Assembly (NCBI RefSeq): GCF_009914755.1
Contig: NC_060934.1
Reading direction: 5' to 3' (one strand)
Source: the human T2T-CHM13v2.0 reference genome, Homo sapiens
Length of the DNA stretch: 64,000 bases
In this document: in pieces, positions 1 to 14,350 of the stretch
How positions within the stretch are numbered: the stretch's first letter is position 1
Layout: each line of letters starts with the position of its first letter
Translations under genes and position numbers: made by a program
The notes under the pieces: model-generated
What the model was told of the DNA's origin: nothing
Database searches by the model: none
Seen by the model: only the letters and a program-made list of their open reading frames with translations

Positions 1-300
1 ATTCTGCCTTTCCTCTGTCATTTGGGATTTCTTTTTTTAACAACCATTTTCCAACAGTAGACTTATTTTCTTCCTTTGAGCATGGTTTTCATAAGTGACT
101 TCTTAAAATCTGAATTCACTAGAATATGCCCCATACAGTTATACTAGTTTGGTTTCTTTCACTGCTTCCCTATCCTCAAGCTTCCCCAACCTTCCTTCCT
201 TGTTGTCAATATTCATAATTATATACTCAGAATTTCACTTTTAGTAGCATCCTTCCTTCTTGAATTTCATGTCCTATTAGGATCAATATCTGTGGAAATT

Positions 301-473
301 ACTATACTATACTATACTATACTATACCATACCATACCATACCATACCATACCATACCATACCATACCATACCATCCTATCCTATCCTATCCTATGCTAT
401 GCTATGCTATGCTATGCTATGCTATGCTATGCTATGCTATGCTATGCTATGCTATGCTATACTATACTATACT
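301..473. repeat. Compound pentanucleotide microsatellite (ACTAT)5(ACCAT)10(CCTAT)4(GCTAT)13(ACTAT)2
   Basis: Units counted directly; 34 in-phase 5-mers. Confidence 0.97.
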
Positions 474-899
474 GAAATGCTATAGTCTCTTAAAAATAAA
501 GCAAATCCAATCAAGAGTATTCATATATTTGTGTTCCAAAATATGCAAAGTTATCTCCAATTAGGCACGGTCACTTTCTCCTAGGGGTCTCATATCTTCC
601 ATACCACCAATCTTTTTATTTTTTAAGTTTGATCATGTTGGCATTTGTTCTGCTATATAATGTATATTATGTTGCTACTTTTTGAATATGTTCACTAAAT
701 GCACTTCTGCCTGATTTTCCTGGTTTCCAAAAAGGATTTTCCCTCTTCACCTCTTCTCCTCTCCTCTCTCTCTATTGGAAATACCTTTCTTTTCAGCAAG
801 GTGTTCTCTTCCACTGTCACATTCTGGGCATGATTACCCACCACCGTGAGTTTAGTTCAAGTTCATTTTATTTTAGGAAGTTACGACCGGTTTTATAGG

Positions 900-1150
900 A
901 ACAATGTGCCTTTATCATGTCAACTCCATGTTGAAAAACCTTTAGGGCCTCCTCCTCGCATTTGGGTTACAGCCACAAACCCTTAGCCTGGCTTCTGAGG
1001 TCCACTTAACCTTGAACTCAATGTACTTTTTTGGCCTAACCTTCCAGACTTTCCCTATTTTCACTCAGCCTTTCAAATCAACTGATCTGCTCATAGCCAG
1101 CAACATGATTTGTTCTTTTATTCGTTCACCTCTTTGGGCTTTCCCCCCAG
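900..1150 (+). mobile_element. L2 fragment (degenerate)
   Basis: Resembles L2 3' region (aaacccttagcctggcttctgaggtcc); boundaries approximate. Confidence 0.5.
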
Positions 1151-2505
1151 ACCTTTTCTAGTTTTCTTAATTAGAAAGTGAGTCACCAAAAAGGTCATTA
1201 AAATCAAGTCTTTCATTGCCTTTTGTTTTTTTCTCTATGAAGAATAAAATAATTTTATGGTGCAAAATGAACTTTTGAAGGCTAAGAAAGAACATAAAGT
1301 TTGGGCCAACCAAAATTAAAAGTGACTCACAATTAATACTACCAAAGAAGGCAATCTTCCGCTGTCCTTAAGTCAGCAAGGATTTATGAGAGTGCTTGAT
1401 GATTGTGTGTTGCATTTCCTCTGTTGGAAATGATACCTAGAATTTTAGAAGCATAGATTCTGAAGGATGACTTCATAATAAGGATTTTAGGAGCCCACTG
1501 TTACCCATCTCAACCTTGGATGCCTGAAATACACTGACATTCCTACACATGGCTACATATCATTCTTATTATTCAGTCCACAGCCATTGCCAGGATAGAT
1601 AAAAAGCAACTGTCATTTCACATCAGACCAAGCTAGGAAAGTATATCTTTCCTCAACCAAGAAGATGGAGTATGAACCAGACCACATGGCCCAGTGGATG
1701 GGAATTGATAGTGCATACAGTAGCTTTAAAGCAGCATGGAGCAAAATAGATTTAAATCATTCCGAAAGAAATAAATCCTAACAATGGATACATTGTGCTG
1801 AATGAAATGAAGCTCACAAAAGAATTGATTAGGAAGTATACCAAATGGAATAAAATGTAGCAGAAAGGCACATATTAGAGAGAATAAAATATGTTTCAGT
1901 CTGAAGGGGATTTAATTTACTAAGATACAACTGACCAGCTATAAAGCAGATGAATAACATATGTAGTCAAGTCAAATGGACATTCAATGGAAATAGGTTT
2001 ATATAGATCAATGGCATCATGTGACCAGTTTCATTCTTCTAATTCTATGGCTCATTGTGTAATATCTTTAGCTCTCTCAAGAAAATCTGAGGCTTTTCCT
2101 GAATCCTGAAAGAGGGAACTCACCTTAAAGGAGTGTATGATTAATTGGAAATAGGTTATTGTTTGTTGGCTTGTCTTGGTCCAGAGAACCATAATAATTT
2201 TCTGGAATTAGAAGGATTTTACAGTAAATTGCAATAGAGTATCACAGTGAAGACTATTTAAGCACTTTTTCCTCCAATGTTAAGTTAGTTCTACTGGTCA
2301 CTGTGCTGAAATACTTAGAGCCATCAATGGTCTTCATTTCTCTTTCTAGGAAACTTGGAAATTTTAGGTCAATATTGAAATTATCTTGCTGGGAATTTTC
2401 TCCCACATGCAAACATATTCATTAAACACTCTGTTGTGCTTCAGTCGGAGTCCTTTGGAGAATGTAATTCTCAACATGAATGAAGCTTATTTCCAGCGTT
2501 ATTCA

Positions 2506-4242
<1,737 letters not shown>

Positions 4243-4347
4243 TACCCATAAGGGTTGTGTTATCTCCAGGTATTCAAGTAACATTGGCAGTAATTTCCAT
4301 CTTCATACTTCGTCTCAGTTCTACTTTTTTATGTAGTTCATGTAGCC

Positions 4348-6843
4348 TTTTTAAATTAAATGTATTTTTTTACTTGGCATATAATACTTGTACATATTTA
4401 TGGGATACCTAGTGATGTTTCAATACATATAATGTATTGCATGATCTGATCAGTGTAATTAGCATATCCCTCATCGCAAACATTTTTCATTTCTTTATGT
4501 TGGGAACATTCAATATCCTTCTTCTAGCTACTGGGAATGATATAATATATTATTGTTAACTGTAATCATCCTACAATGTTTTTTTAACATGAGAAATTAT
4601 TCCTCTTATCTGGCTGTAATTTTTCATCCTTTAACAAATCTCCCTAACCCTCTCTTTGCTTTACCCTTCCCAGCCTCTTGTATCATCTCTTCCACTTTTC
4701 ATTTCTATGAGATCATCTTTTTTTAGCTTCCACAATATGAGTGAGAACATGTGGTGTTTAGTTAGTTCTGTTCCTGACTTATTTCGCTTAACATAATATC
4801 CTCCAGTTTTATCCATGTTGCCGTGAATGACAGGATTTAATTTATTTTTATGGCTGAGTGATATTCCATTGTGTGTATATATATCACATTTTCTTTATCT
4901 ACTATTCCGTTGTTGGATACCTAGGCTGAGTCCATATCTTGGCTATTGTGAATAGTGCTGCAATAAATATGGGAGTGCAGATGTCTTTTTGATATGATGA
5001 TTTCCTTTCCTTTATATACATTCTTAGTAGAAGGATTTCTGGATCATATGGCAGTTTTATTTGTAGTTTTTAAGGAACCTCGATACTGTTCTCCATAGTG
5101 GCTGTACAAATTTACATTCCCACCAACAGTGTAAAGAGTTCCTTTTTTTCTCTATCCTCACCAACATTTGTTATTTTTTATCTTTTTGATAATGGCCATT
5201 CTAAATGGGGTGAGATGCTATCTCATTGGTGTTTTGATTTACGTTTCCTTGATGATTAGTGATGTTGGGTATTTGAAAATATATTTCTTGGCCATTCGTA
5301 TGTCTTCTTTTGAGCAATGTCTGTTTAGATCATTTGCCTATTTTCATTCTTAATTTTTTCCTTCACTCATTGGTTGTTCAGGAGTATGTTGTTTAATCTC
5401 CATATATTCATACAGTTTCCAGCATTCCTTTTGTTATTGACTTCTAGTTTTATTCTATTGTCATCTGAGAAGATGCTTGATATAATTTTGACTTATCAAA
5501 ATTTGTTGAGACTTGTTTTGTGGTGTAACATATGGTCTATCCTGGAGAATGTTGCATCTGCTGATAATAATGTGTATTCTGTAGCTGTTGGCTGAAATGT
5601 TACCTACATGTCTGTTAAGTCCATTTGGTCTCTGGTGCAGTTTAATTCCAGCATTTCTTTGTTGATTTTCTTTCTAGATGATCTGTCCAATGCTGAGAGT
5701 AAGGTGTTGAAGTCCCCAACTACTATTGTATTGGGGTCTATCTCTCCCTTTAGATCTAATAATATTTGTTACATATATATATATGTATATATCAGTGTTC
5801 TGGTGTTGGGTGCATATATATTTACAGTTCTTATATTCTCTTGCTTAATTGATCCCTTTGTTATCATATAATATCCTTCTTTATCTCTTTTTAGAACTTT
5901 TTACCTGAAGTCTGTTTTGTCTGATATAAGTGTAGCTACTTATGCTTGCTTTTGGTTTCTCTTTGTGTGGGATATCTTTTTCCATCCCTTCAGTTCAAGT
6001 CTACATATGTCTTTACATGTGAGGTGAGTTTCTTGTCAACAGCATATAATTGGATCTTTTTTTTTTAAACCCATTCATCCTGTCTATGTTTTTTAATTGG
6101 AGAATTTAATCCATTTACATACAAGGTTATTACTGATAGGTGAGGACTTACTCTTGTCATTTTATTCGTTGTTTCCTGGTTGTTTGGTATATTTTGTTCT
6201 TTACTTCCTCTCTTATTATTTAATTTTGGACTTAGATGTTCCCTGTAGTGATAGGTTTCTCTTCTTCTTTTGTGTATTGCCTTGCTTCTTTTCTCTTTCT
6301 TCCTTGTGTATTGTCCCTACCAGTGAGTTTTATAGCCATTTTTTGCATGTTTTCATGATGATGATGAAGATTTTCCAGATGTAAGGCTTCCTTGAGCATT
6401 TCTTGTAAGGCCAATCTAGTGGTGATGAATCCACTTAGTTTTAGCTTGTCTGAAAAAGATTTTATTTCTTCTTAATTTCTAAAGGATAGCTTTGCTAGGT
6501 ATAATATTCTTGGCTGACATTTTTTTTTCTTTTAGTACTTTGAATATGTCATCCCATTCTCTCTTGGCCTATAAGGTTTCTGCGGAGAAACCCATTATTA
6601 ATGTAATGAGAGTTCCCTTATATGTGACTTGATGCTTTTCTCTTGCTGTTTTTAGGATTCAATCTTTGACTTTGACTTTTGACAATTTGAGTATAATGTG
6701 CCTCCAAGAGAACCTGTTTGGGGTGACTCTATTTGGAGTTCCTTGATCTTCCTGGATCTGGATGTCTATCTTTCTTCCAAGACTTGGAAAGTTTTCAGCT
6801 ATTACTTTATTAACTATGTTTTCTGCACCCTTTTCCTTCTCTG
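4348..6843 (-). mobile_element. L1MA-type LINE-1 (L1MA4-like 3'UTR) with 3'UTR, ORF2 C-terminus, internal deletion near 5345, ORF2 endonuclease region and ORF1 C-terminal half
   Basis: L1MA 3'UTR sequence at 4370-4800; ORF1 peptide AENFPSLGRKIDIQIQE...RHIILKLSKVK in ORF 6659..6892; ALQEMLKEAL (ORF1 end) in ORF 6232..6414. Confidence 0.92.
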
Positions 6844-6947
6844 AAATATATGAACTACACAAATTCATATGCCATCCTTGTGCAGGGGCCATGCTAATCT
6901 TCTCTGTATCATTATAATTTGAGTATAGGTACCACTGAAGTGAGCAT
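6844..6947 (-). pseudogene. U6 snRNA retropseudogene, full length, about 80% identical, fused to L1
   Basis: Minus strand reads ATGCTCACTTCAGTGGTACCTATACTCAAATTATAATGATACAGAGAAGATTAGCATGGCCCCTGCACAAGGATGGCATATGAATTTGTGTAGTTCATATATTT; 29-nt perfect core including ACAGAGA box and AGC triad. Confidence 0.96.
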
Positions 6948-6959
6948 TTTTAAGAAATA

Positions 6960-7615
<656 letters not shown>

Positions 7616-8014
7616 CTTGTGCTTAGGTCATAGTATCAAGGAGATAACTAGATTTAGGCTTTTCTACTTAGGTTTATTGTTATTTAAACTCACTTCTCAT
7701 AAGCCTTGAAAAGCAACACACATGCCTTCAATAATGGGTCTGCAAGTTGAACTTTAAATATTTGCTTTACATATTTTTTGAAAGTCACATGTGCAAACAT
7801 TTTTATATACATACTTACAAAGGTAGATAACATTTCTGCAGGATGAACCCGTCATATAAACTCATTGATGTGCCACATGTGCACAATAGGTGGATTATGA
7901 CTAAAAAACAAATTTAGAATGACATTTGAGCAATCTTGATAAGTTTATGGAGTTGTTGGAGAAGGAAAAATATTAGTGGGGAAGAAAATTGTTGGCAATA
8001 AAATTAGAAAACGA

Positions 8015-8285
8015 GCCTCATGTAATCCCAGCTACTTGAATGGCTGAGGTGGGAGGATCTCTTGAGGTTAGGAATTCAAGGCCACCCTGGGCAACAAAAC
8101 AAGACCCCATCTCTAAAAAAAAATAATAATAATAAATTAATCAGATGTGGTGGTATACACTGGTAGTCCCAGCTACCCAGGAGGTGGAGGTGGGAGGATC
8201 ACTTGAGCCTAGGAGTTCAAGCTATGTGCATGCCACTGTACTTCAGCCTGGACAACAACGTGAGACTCCATTTCTTAAAGTAAAC
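8015..8285 (+). mobile_element. AluJ-like, 5'-eroded, with small right-arm deletion
   Basis: tgtaatcccagctac...ggaggatcacttgagcctaggagttcaa...cagcctggacaac. Confidence 0.85.
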
Positions 8286-8479
8286 CAAAAGCCTTCAAAT
8301 GCATATAACCTAAAATCAGGAATCACCGGGGTTCTCAGTGATTGAAATCTTTACCACCAGTGTTCACTCATGCTAGCCTCATACTCCCAGCCTGCTCCAC
8401 TCATGTACGCGCTTCTCATCAACATGCTTTATTTTCTGAATGATTCTCCGTGAAAAGAACAAAGTGGGGTGATGGAAAG

Positions 8480-8620
8480 TACAGTCACTTGGCATTCAGG
8501 TTTAGGTTCTGGCTCCGGCACCGTGTGAAGTTTATGAGTCTTTTCCCATTTCTGGGTCTCAGCTTCATCTTCTGTCAAGTGAAAGATTAGGGTAACTGAT
8601 CTCAAATAACTCTCTGGCAT
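8480..8620 (+). mobile_element. MIR fragment
   Basis: Core ctgggtctcagcttcatcttctgtcaagtg. Confidence 0.55.
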
Positions 8621-9629
8621 ATATGTGTTCGGCACCTACATCTTCTCTGATTGGTCCTGGGTTATTCAACATCTTTCCTCTGCAACTTATTTAGCCCTAG
8701 GTTTGGGGAATGGGCACTAACTTCTCCTGTACAGATTCTTTCCCAAGCTTCCAAATCCATGGCCTTTAGTTTTGAGGTTCTGCTGGCCCCTGTTTTTTTC
8801 CCCAAAGCAAACCCTCTTGACAAATTCATGCTTTCCAGCAAGCTTACCAGGGTAAGTCATGCTGGCCAGGGTGACTTGTGACACTCTGTTTCCACAGCTG
8901 GCTCTGGCCTGTGCCTGACTGCTGCTGTGTCTGATTGTTACCAGCCATTTGCCCTTTCTTAAGCCCTTGCTAACCATTTTCTTTACAGAATATATATGTT
9001 ATGTGCCCTAGCATAATTTTTCTCATAATGAAATAGAATCATTTTCATAGAACTTTGCAATGTTGTTAACATTAGCATTTTGGGGAAAGTCTTCTTTATA
9101 GTTGTTTATAATCTCATTTTCAAATTGAAAAAAAATTCAAATGCTATTTTTAGAAGGATACATTCCAAACATTAAATGATTGATCTTTACTTTGGAAGGT
9201 ACCTCTTGGGTCACCTTTTCATCTCTAGGGAGTTGATTCCAAGGCAAACTTGTTTCTGATGAAGTGTTTCAATATGCTTTATTATAATCTGGGACCACAA
9301 AAGGAACTTCTAACAAACTTTTTTTTTTAAAAAAAGATCATCTGTTTATCTCATTCTCTCTCTTTCTTATGCTTTTGCAAAAACTTTTTATCAGTTTACA
9401 GCAATATGAAATTCAAAGAAAAATCAAAATAGAAAAAAACTCTCCAGTTTGAAAAATGGAGTTGATGTGCTATTTTAATTTGGTGATGATTCTACTGAGG
9501 CATTGTTTCCAGGTTTGCATGATGGTTACTTTATCTTTTTTGCCTTTTAGACTCAATAAGATATTTCTCCATAGCACATTACTCAAGCTTCTACATAACT
9601 CATCTCACATAGTTACGAAGTTTTGTCCC

Positions 9630-9730
9630 CTTGGACTGTAAGCCCAGGCAGGGATGGGAGCTTGTTCATTCTTGGATCCCTACCGTCTTGCATAGTGCTT
9701 GCTATGTAGAAAGCACTCATAGGCTCAAGT
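9630..9730 (+). mobile_element. L2 3' end fragment
   Basis: gactgtaagccc...gcatagtgcttgctatgtagaaagcactca. Confidence 0.55.
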
Positions 9731-10141
9731 GGAAGAATACTGTGTAGGAGCAAGAATAATATGTAGGGGTAAAATGTTGAACATGCATAAATATTGAAAC
9801 AAAGAAATAAATTGATTTTGGTGATAGGTGACCCTGAGAGGGATAAAAGTGTAACCCAGAGGCCCTCCTATGTTACAGTGGCAAAACCTCTGTCAACTCT
9901 GATGTCTTCTGCTACAGGTTAAACAAGAATGGAAAGCTCTATTCAACCATCTAAAACTCTGCCTTCATAATAATGATGGATTTGCTGTCATCATAACTCA
10001 TTCGTAGGTAATCTTGCAAGAGCTGAACTTTGGAACTACTGCCATTTGGAAGGGTTCCATTCACTCTAAGGGAAACCTGAGAATCTGAGTTCATTTACTT
10101 TTTATTCCCCCTTTTAGCAGTAATTTGTTCATTTACCTTTA

Positions 10142-10530
<389 letters not shown>

Positions 10531-12004
10531 TCATTTTAGTTGAAGGCATGTCCACTGCGAGTATTTCGGTCAGCTTGGCTGCTTCTCATGCTGTTTGCCC
10601 AATTCAGCACTACAGATTTTGCTCTCTGAAATTCCAGCTTCATCCCATAGGAGAGGTGCAGATTTCTATTTCTCATCTCTTGTCTGTTTTAATTCTTTGG
10701 GAGAGGAGTCCTGAGTACTAAACAGAAAGGTACGCATGGAGAAATGTAAAACATATTTTCAGGCACCTTTGTGAAAGGAAAATTTAATGGGACATTATAG
10801 TACTATGGGAAATGGAGAGAGATAAGAATCATGCCCCATGCTTAACCTTTTGGACTCATCTTTGCCAATTTCTATGTGCAGTTCAGTAAATTAAATAAGC
10901 TTTCCTTAGCCTGAAACTGTCTGTGATAGTGCAACCTTTCACTGAGGTATCACAGACAGACATTCAGCGTTCAAGACAGGGGCCTGACACCTTTCAAAAG
11001 TGAAGGAACCTGTGGCAATTTTAAACATTCCAACCATATTAATTCCAGTGACAGTTATCCTCTAAGTTATTTGAAATGGATTCTCCCTCTTCAACTTTCG
11101 AAACTTATATTTGATCCCCATGACCTCTGGGGCCTGCACAGGGGCACTCTCTGTGACTGAGTGCGTGAACAGCAGGAGGCAGAAGCAGGAAATTGTTGAT
11201 CCGGTCCGTTTATGTCTTTCCTCCTCCTTTAGCTGTTCTCTGTACCTTATTCATGTTTCTAAGGAAAAGCCTTGCATTTCCAAAAGAAGGGTTGAATAAC
11301 GGTTTGGAGTTCTTTCTTTGAGGGCAATGTTTTTATTATTGCTCTTCCACCCAGGCTGAAAGTTGAGTGTCATCTCTCAAGCATAAGCAACTAGGCACTT
11401 CACAATCAATACTGGGCTCAGTGGTTGAGCCCTGGTTAATAGAGCTGCTTCTTTTCAGGTGCTCACACTCAGCGCAGCCAAATTCTGCCTTCTCTGTCCT
11501 GGGAGGACACAGGGACCTGTGCCCTTCTCCAACAGTGGGATCATTCTCGGGAAGTGCTCCTCACTTTCCACATGGTCAGGAAGTTTTGGATGTCTATAAC
11601 AAGCACAGGCGAGGCTTGGTATGGAGCCCAGTGTTTATACTTAAGAGAGTGCTGGGGGAATGGTCACAGAAGACCCATCAGGCCCTTATGGGCTGAGTTC
11701 CAAGGTGACTGTACATTGGTTATTGTTGGGGAAGAGTCAGATCTTCAGCTTTCCATGTGTGTTGGTTTGATGTTATTACTAGTCATCCATGTGTTAGAAA
11801 TGACCTTATTAGTTCATGTCTAAGAAACTAATTTACAAACCAAAAGACTAACATGTTATTTCCATTTGGGTGAGGGATAGTATTCAGGAAACCACCAGAC
11901 TGTTCACATTTGCATTCTAGGGACCTCCCTTCCTGGTATTAGACTAACTGGCAAAGTAAATTAATCATCTGCAAGATTTCTAAGTGAGAATGGATGATTG
12001 CATA

Positions 12005-12235
12005 GCTGTTAAGGTTACAAGTCAAATAGCCTGTGTTTGGAATCCTGGCCATCACCCTTAATCCCTACATGATCTCAGACCAGTTACTTACCCTCTTTAA
12101 GCCTTGATTAACTGATCTAGAAAATGAGATACTAAGAGTACTTACCTCATAGAGTTGTTGGGAGGATTAACCGGGATAATAAAAAAGTGTGTATGAAAAT
12201 GCTTGGCATATAATAAGTACACAATAAATATTCAC
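12005..12235 (+). mobile_element. MIR
   Basis: agttacttaccctct...aaaatgagata...tacctcatagagttgttgggaggattaa core. Confidence 0.75.
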
Positions 12236-12469
12236 ACTAGTATTAGTAGTATAATAATAATCATCTTTTTTTTGTAATAAAGGTAATTGGATATGTTCCT
12301 AGGCCATTTCATCCTATAATGTTAGAATCTGGAGACTTACACCTGCTTCTCCATAGAATACTCCTTTGCAAGGACAGGATTACCTGTTAGCTGCTAGAGG
12401 AAGGCTGACAATTTCTTATTTATCAACTCTTCTTTCTCTAGATCCTGTGTTGCTTTTTTGTGTTTATGA

Positions 12470-12710
12470 ATACATATTTAACTACTGTTTATAGAATATT
12501 TGCTATATGCCGTAATATTGTGCTCTTCATCATATTACCTAATTTAGTTCTTGCAATACCTGTTTGAGGAAAGAGTCATTATCTCCATTTTTCACAATAG
12601 GAAACTAAGTACAGAGAAGTAAGAAAAGCGAGGAGGTAGAACAGCTGGGGCTTCAGCTTAGGTCTGTCTACTAAATTCCATGTCTATGACACTAGGCTAT
12701 CCTGCATCTT
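12470..12710 (-). mobile_element. MIR
   Basis: attatctccattttt...ggaaactaagtacagagaagt reverse core. Confidence 0.65.
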
Positions 12711-13239
12711 TATTTATAACTCAGTATATTAGACCTTGAGTTAATTAGATTATTACTAATTTTATATTTATTACAAAGTGGCATTTTTGATGAGTTTTTA
12801 GAAATGCCCTAGTATATTTACATACATTGAATGTATGACAATTTGAAACTTAATTTCAAAATTTCACAAGTTAGAATTTAAAAACTAGACTTGTAACAGG
12901 AGATGAGTTTGTTTTGATTCCGGAGAACATTCAATCTCTGGGTGATGATCCAATTAATATAGGCTAGAGTTTCCCAGGTAGATCTTATGGGAAAATGATA
13001 CAGGAGGGACACATTATCAAGAGTGCTGATAAATTCAAATTGTAACTAACCTCCCTTAGATAGACCCAAGATAGTCATGCCTCCTTCTATAGGGACTCTT
13101 TGGGGCATGATAGACCAGATGCCATGATAAAGAATGGCATTCCCACAGTTGAGATGAATTTCCACAGGTCACCATATGCAGCTTCCTTTCTCAGCAAGAA
13201 TATCCTTAACTTTATGCACGTAATTTTTTTTTGTTTTTT

Positions 13240-13770
13240 TTAAACAGCTATTTTGAGGTATAATTCACATACTATATTGTTTGCCCATTCAAATTATATA
13301 ATTCAACAATTTTTGACATATTACACTATAACTTTTAAAATTGTGGTAAAAATATATATAAAAAATTTACCATTTAAACTTGTAAGCATAAAATTCAGTG
13401 GCATTAATGATATTCAAAGTGTTGTGCGACCATCACAACTATTTATTTCCAAACCCTTTTTTATCACTCCAGTAGAAACTCTATAATTATTAAGCAATAA
13501 CTCCCTATTTCTCCACTTTCCAGCCCTGGTAACCTCTATTCTATTTCTGCCTCTATGAATTTGCCTGTCTGCTTCATGTAAGTGGAATCATGCAATATCT
13601 GTTCTTTTATGCCTAGCTTATAGACATAAACCTTGAAAACAAGATTTATCTATGTGGAAGCCTATTTCAGAAATACATTCCTTTTGATGGCTGAATAATA
13701 TTCCATTGTAAACATAATATTCTGGAATGAAGATGTGGATTCCATCTATAGCTGTCAATCTTGTGAGTAA
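13240..13770 (-). mobile_element. Old L1M 3' ends (L1MB7/8-like; probably two pieces)
   Basis: attgtggtaaaatatatata...aattcagtggcatta...ccctggtaacctctattcta...gtaagtggaatcatgcaatat. Confidence 0.8.
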
Positions 13771-14200
13771 AATCACCAGTTTTGTGTGAAATGTCTCATT
13801 TGACACAACCAACTTGGAAAACATGTTGAGGATATTTCTAGAATGGTACCCAATCTATTGACCCTTGTATTATTATTTATTCGGTGTTTTTCTTGAAATC
13901 AGTTCACTTTTAAATGTCTTAAATATTTATCTTATTTTGTCCTAATTAATGTTCATGAAGTCCATAGGTTGACGTAATATTACATATTGCTATTAAAATG
14001 ATTTACATATATTTGTTCTGTATACCTCCTAAAATGTATCTTCTACCTCAGCCACATATAGGCTGTCAATAACTTCTCTAATTCTCAAACTTGAGGGGTG
14101 GGCTGTGTGTCAGAACATACTAGAGTGCCAGATTCCCTATGGAACAGAAATGAAGAGGAGAGGAATTGTAACAAATATAACCTGGTGTGAAGGCCAAGGT

Positions 14201-14225
14201 TAACCCTAACCCAAACCCTAACCCT
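14201..14225 (-). repeat. Short interstitial telomere-like repeat TAACCC TAACCC AAACCC TAACCC
   Basis: Read directly; minus strand GGGTTAGGGTTTGGGTTAGGGTTA. Confidence 0.85.
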
Positions 14226-14350
14226 GGGAGTCAATTAGTAGGTTCAAGTCTGGGCTAAAACTGCTTCTAATCAGCTGTGTGATCTTGACACATAGTCCTC
14301 TGTGCCTTAGTTTCCTCTCTGTCTTAAGCAGGTTGAAGTAGATCATCTCC
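14226..14350 (+). mobile_element. MIR fragment
   Basis: agctgtgtgatcttg...ctctgtgccttagtttcctc core. Confidence 0.65.

Noticed and set aside
292-564. 90-aa ORF with YHTIP/CYAML repeats
   Set aside because: Translation of the pentamer microsatellite.
5330-5360. L1 internal deletion as a splicing product
   Set aside because: Recalled consensus at the breakpoints is A-rich without GT/AG boundaries.
6659-6892. U6-ORF1 fusion peptide as a functional gene
   Set aside because: MAPAQG is just the U6 ATGGCCCCTGC sequence read into decayed ORF1; it stops early and no promoter is evident.
6844-6947. Functional U6 gene
   Set aside because: About 20% diverged, no recognisable PSE/TATA upstream, no intact T-run terminator, fused to L1.
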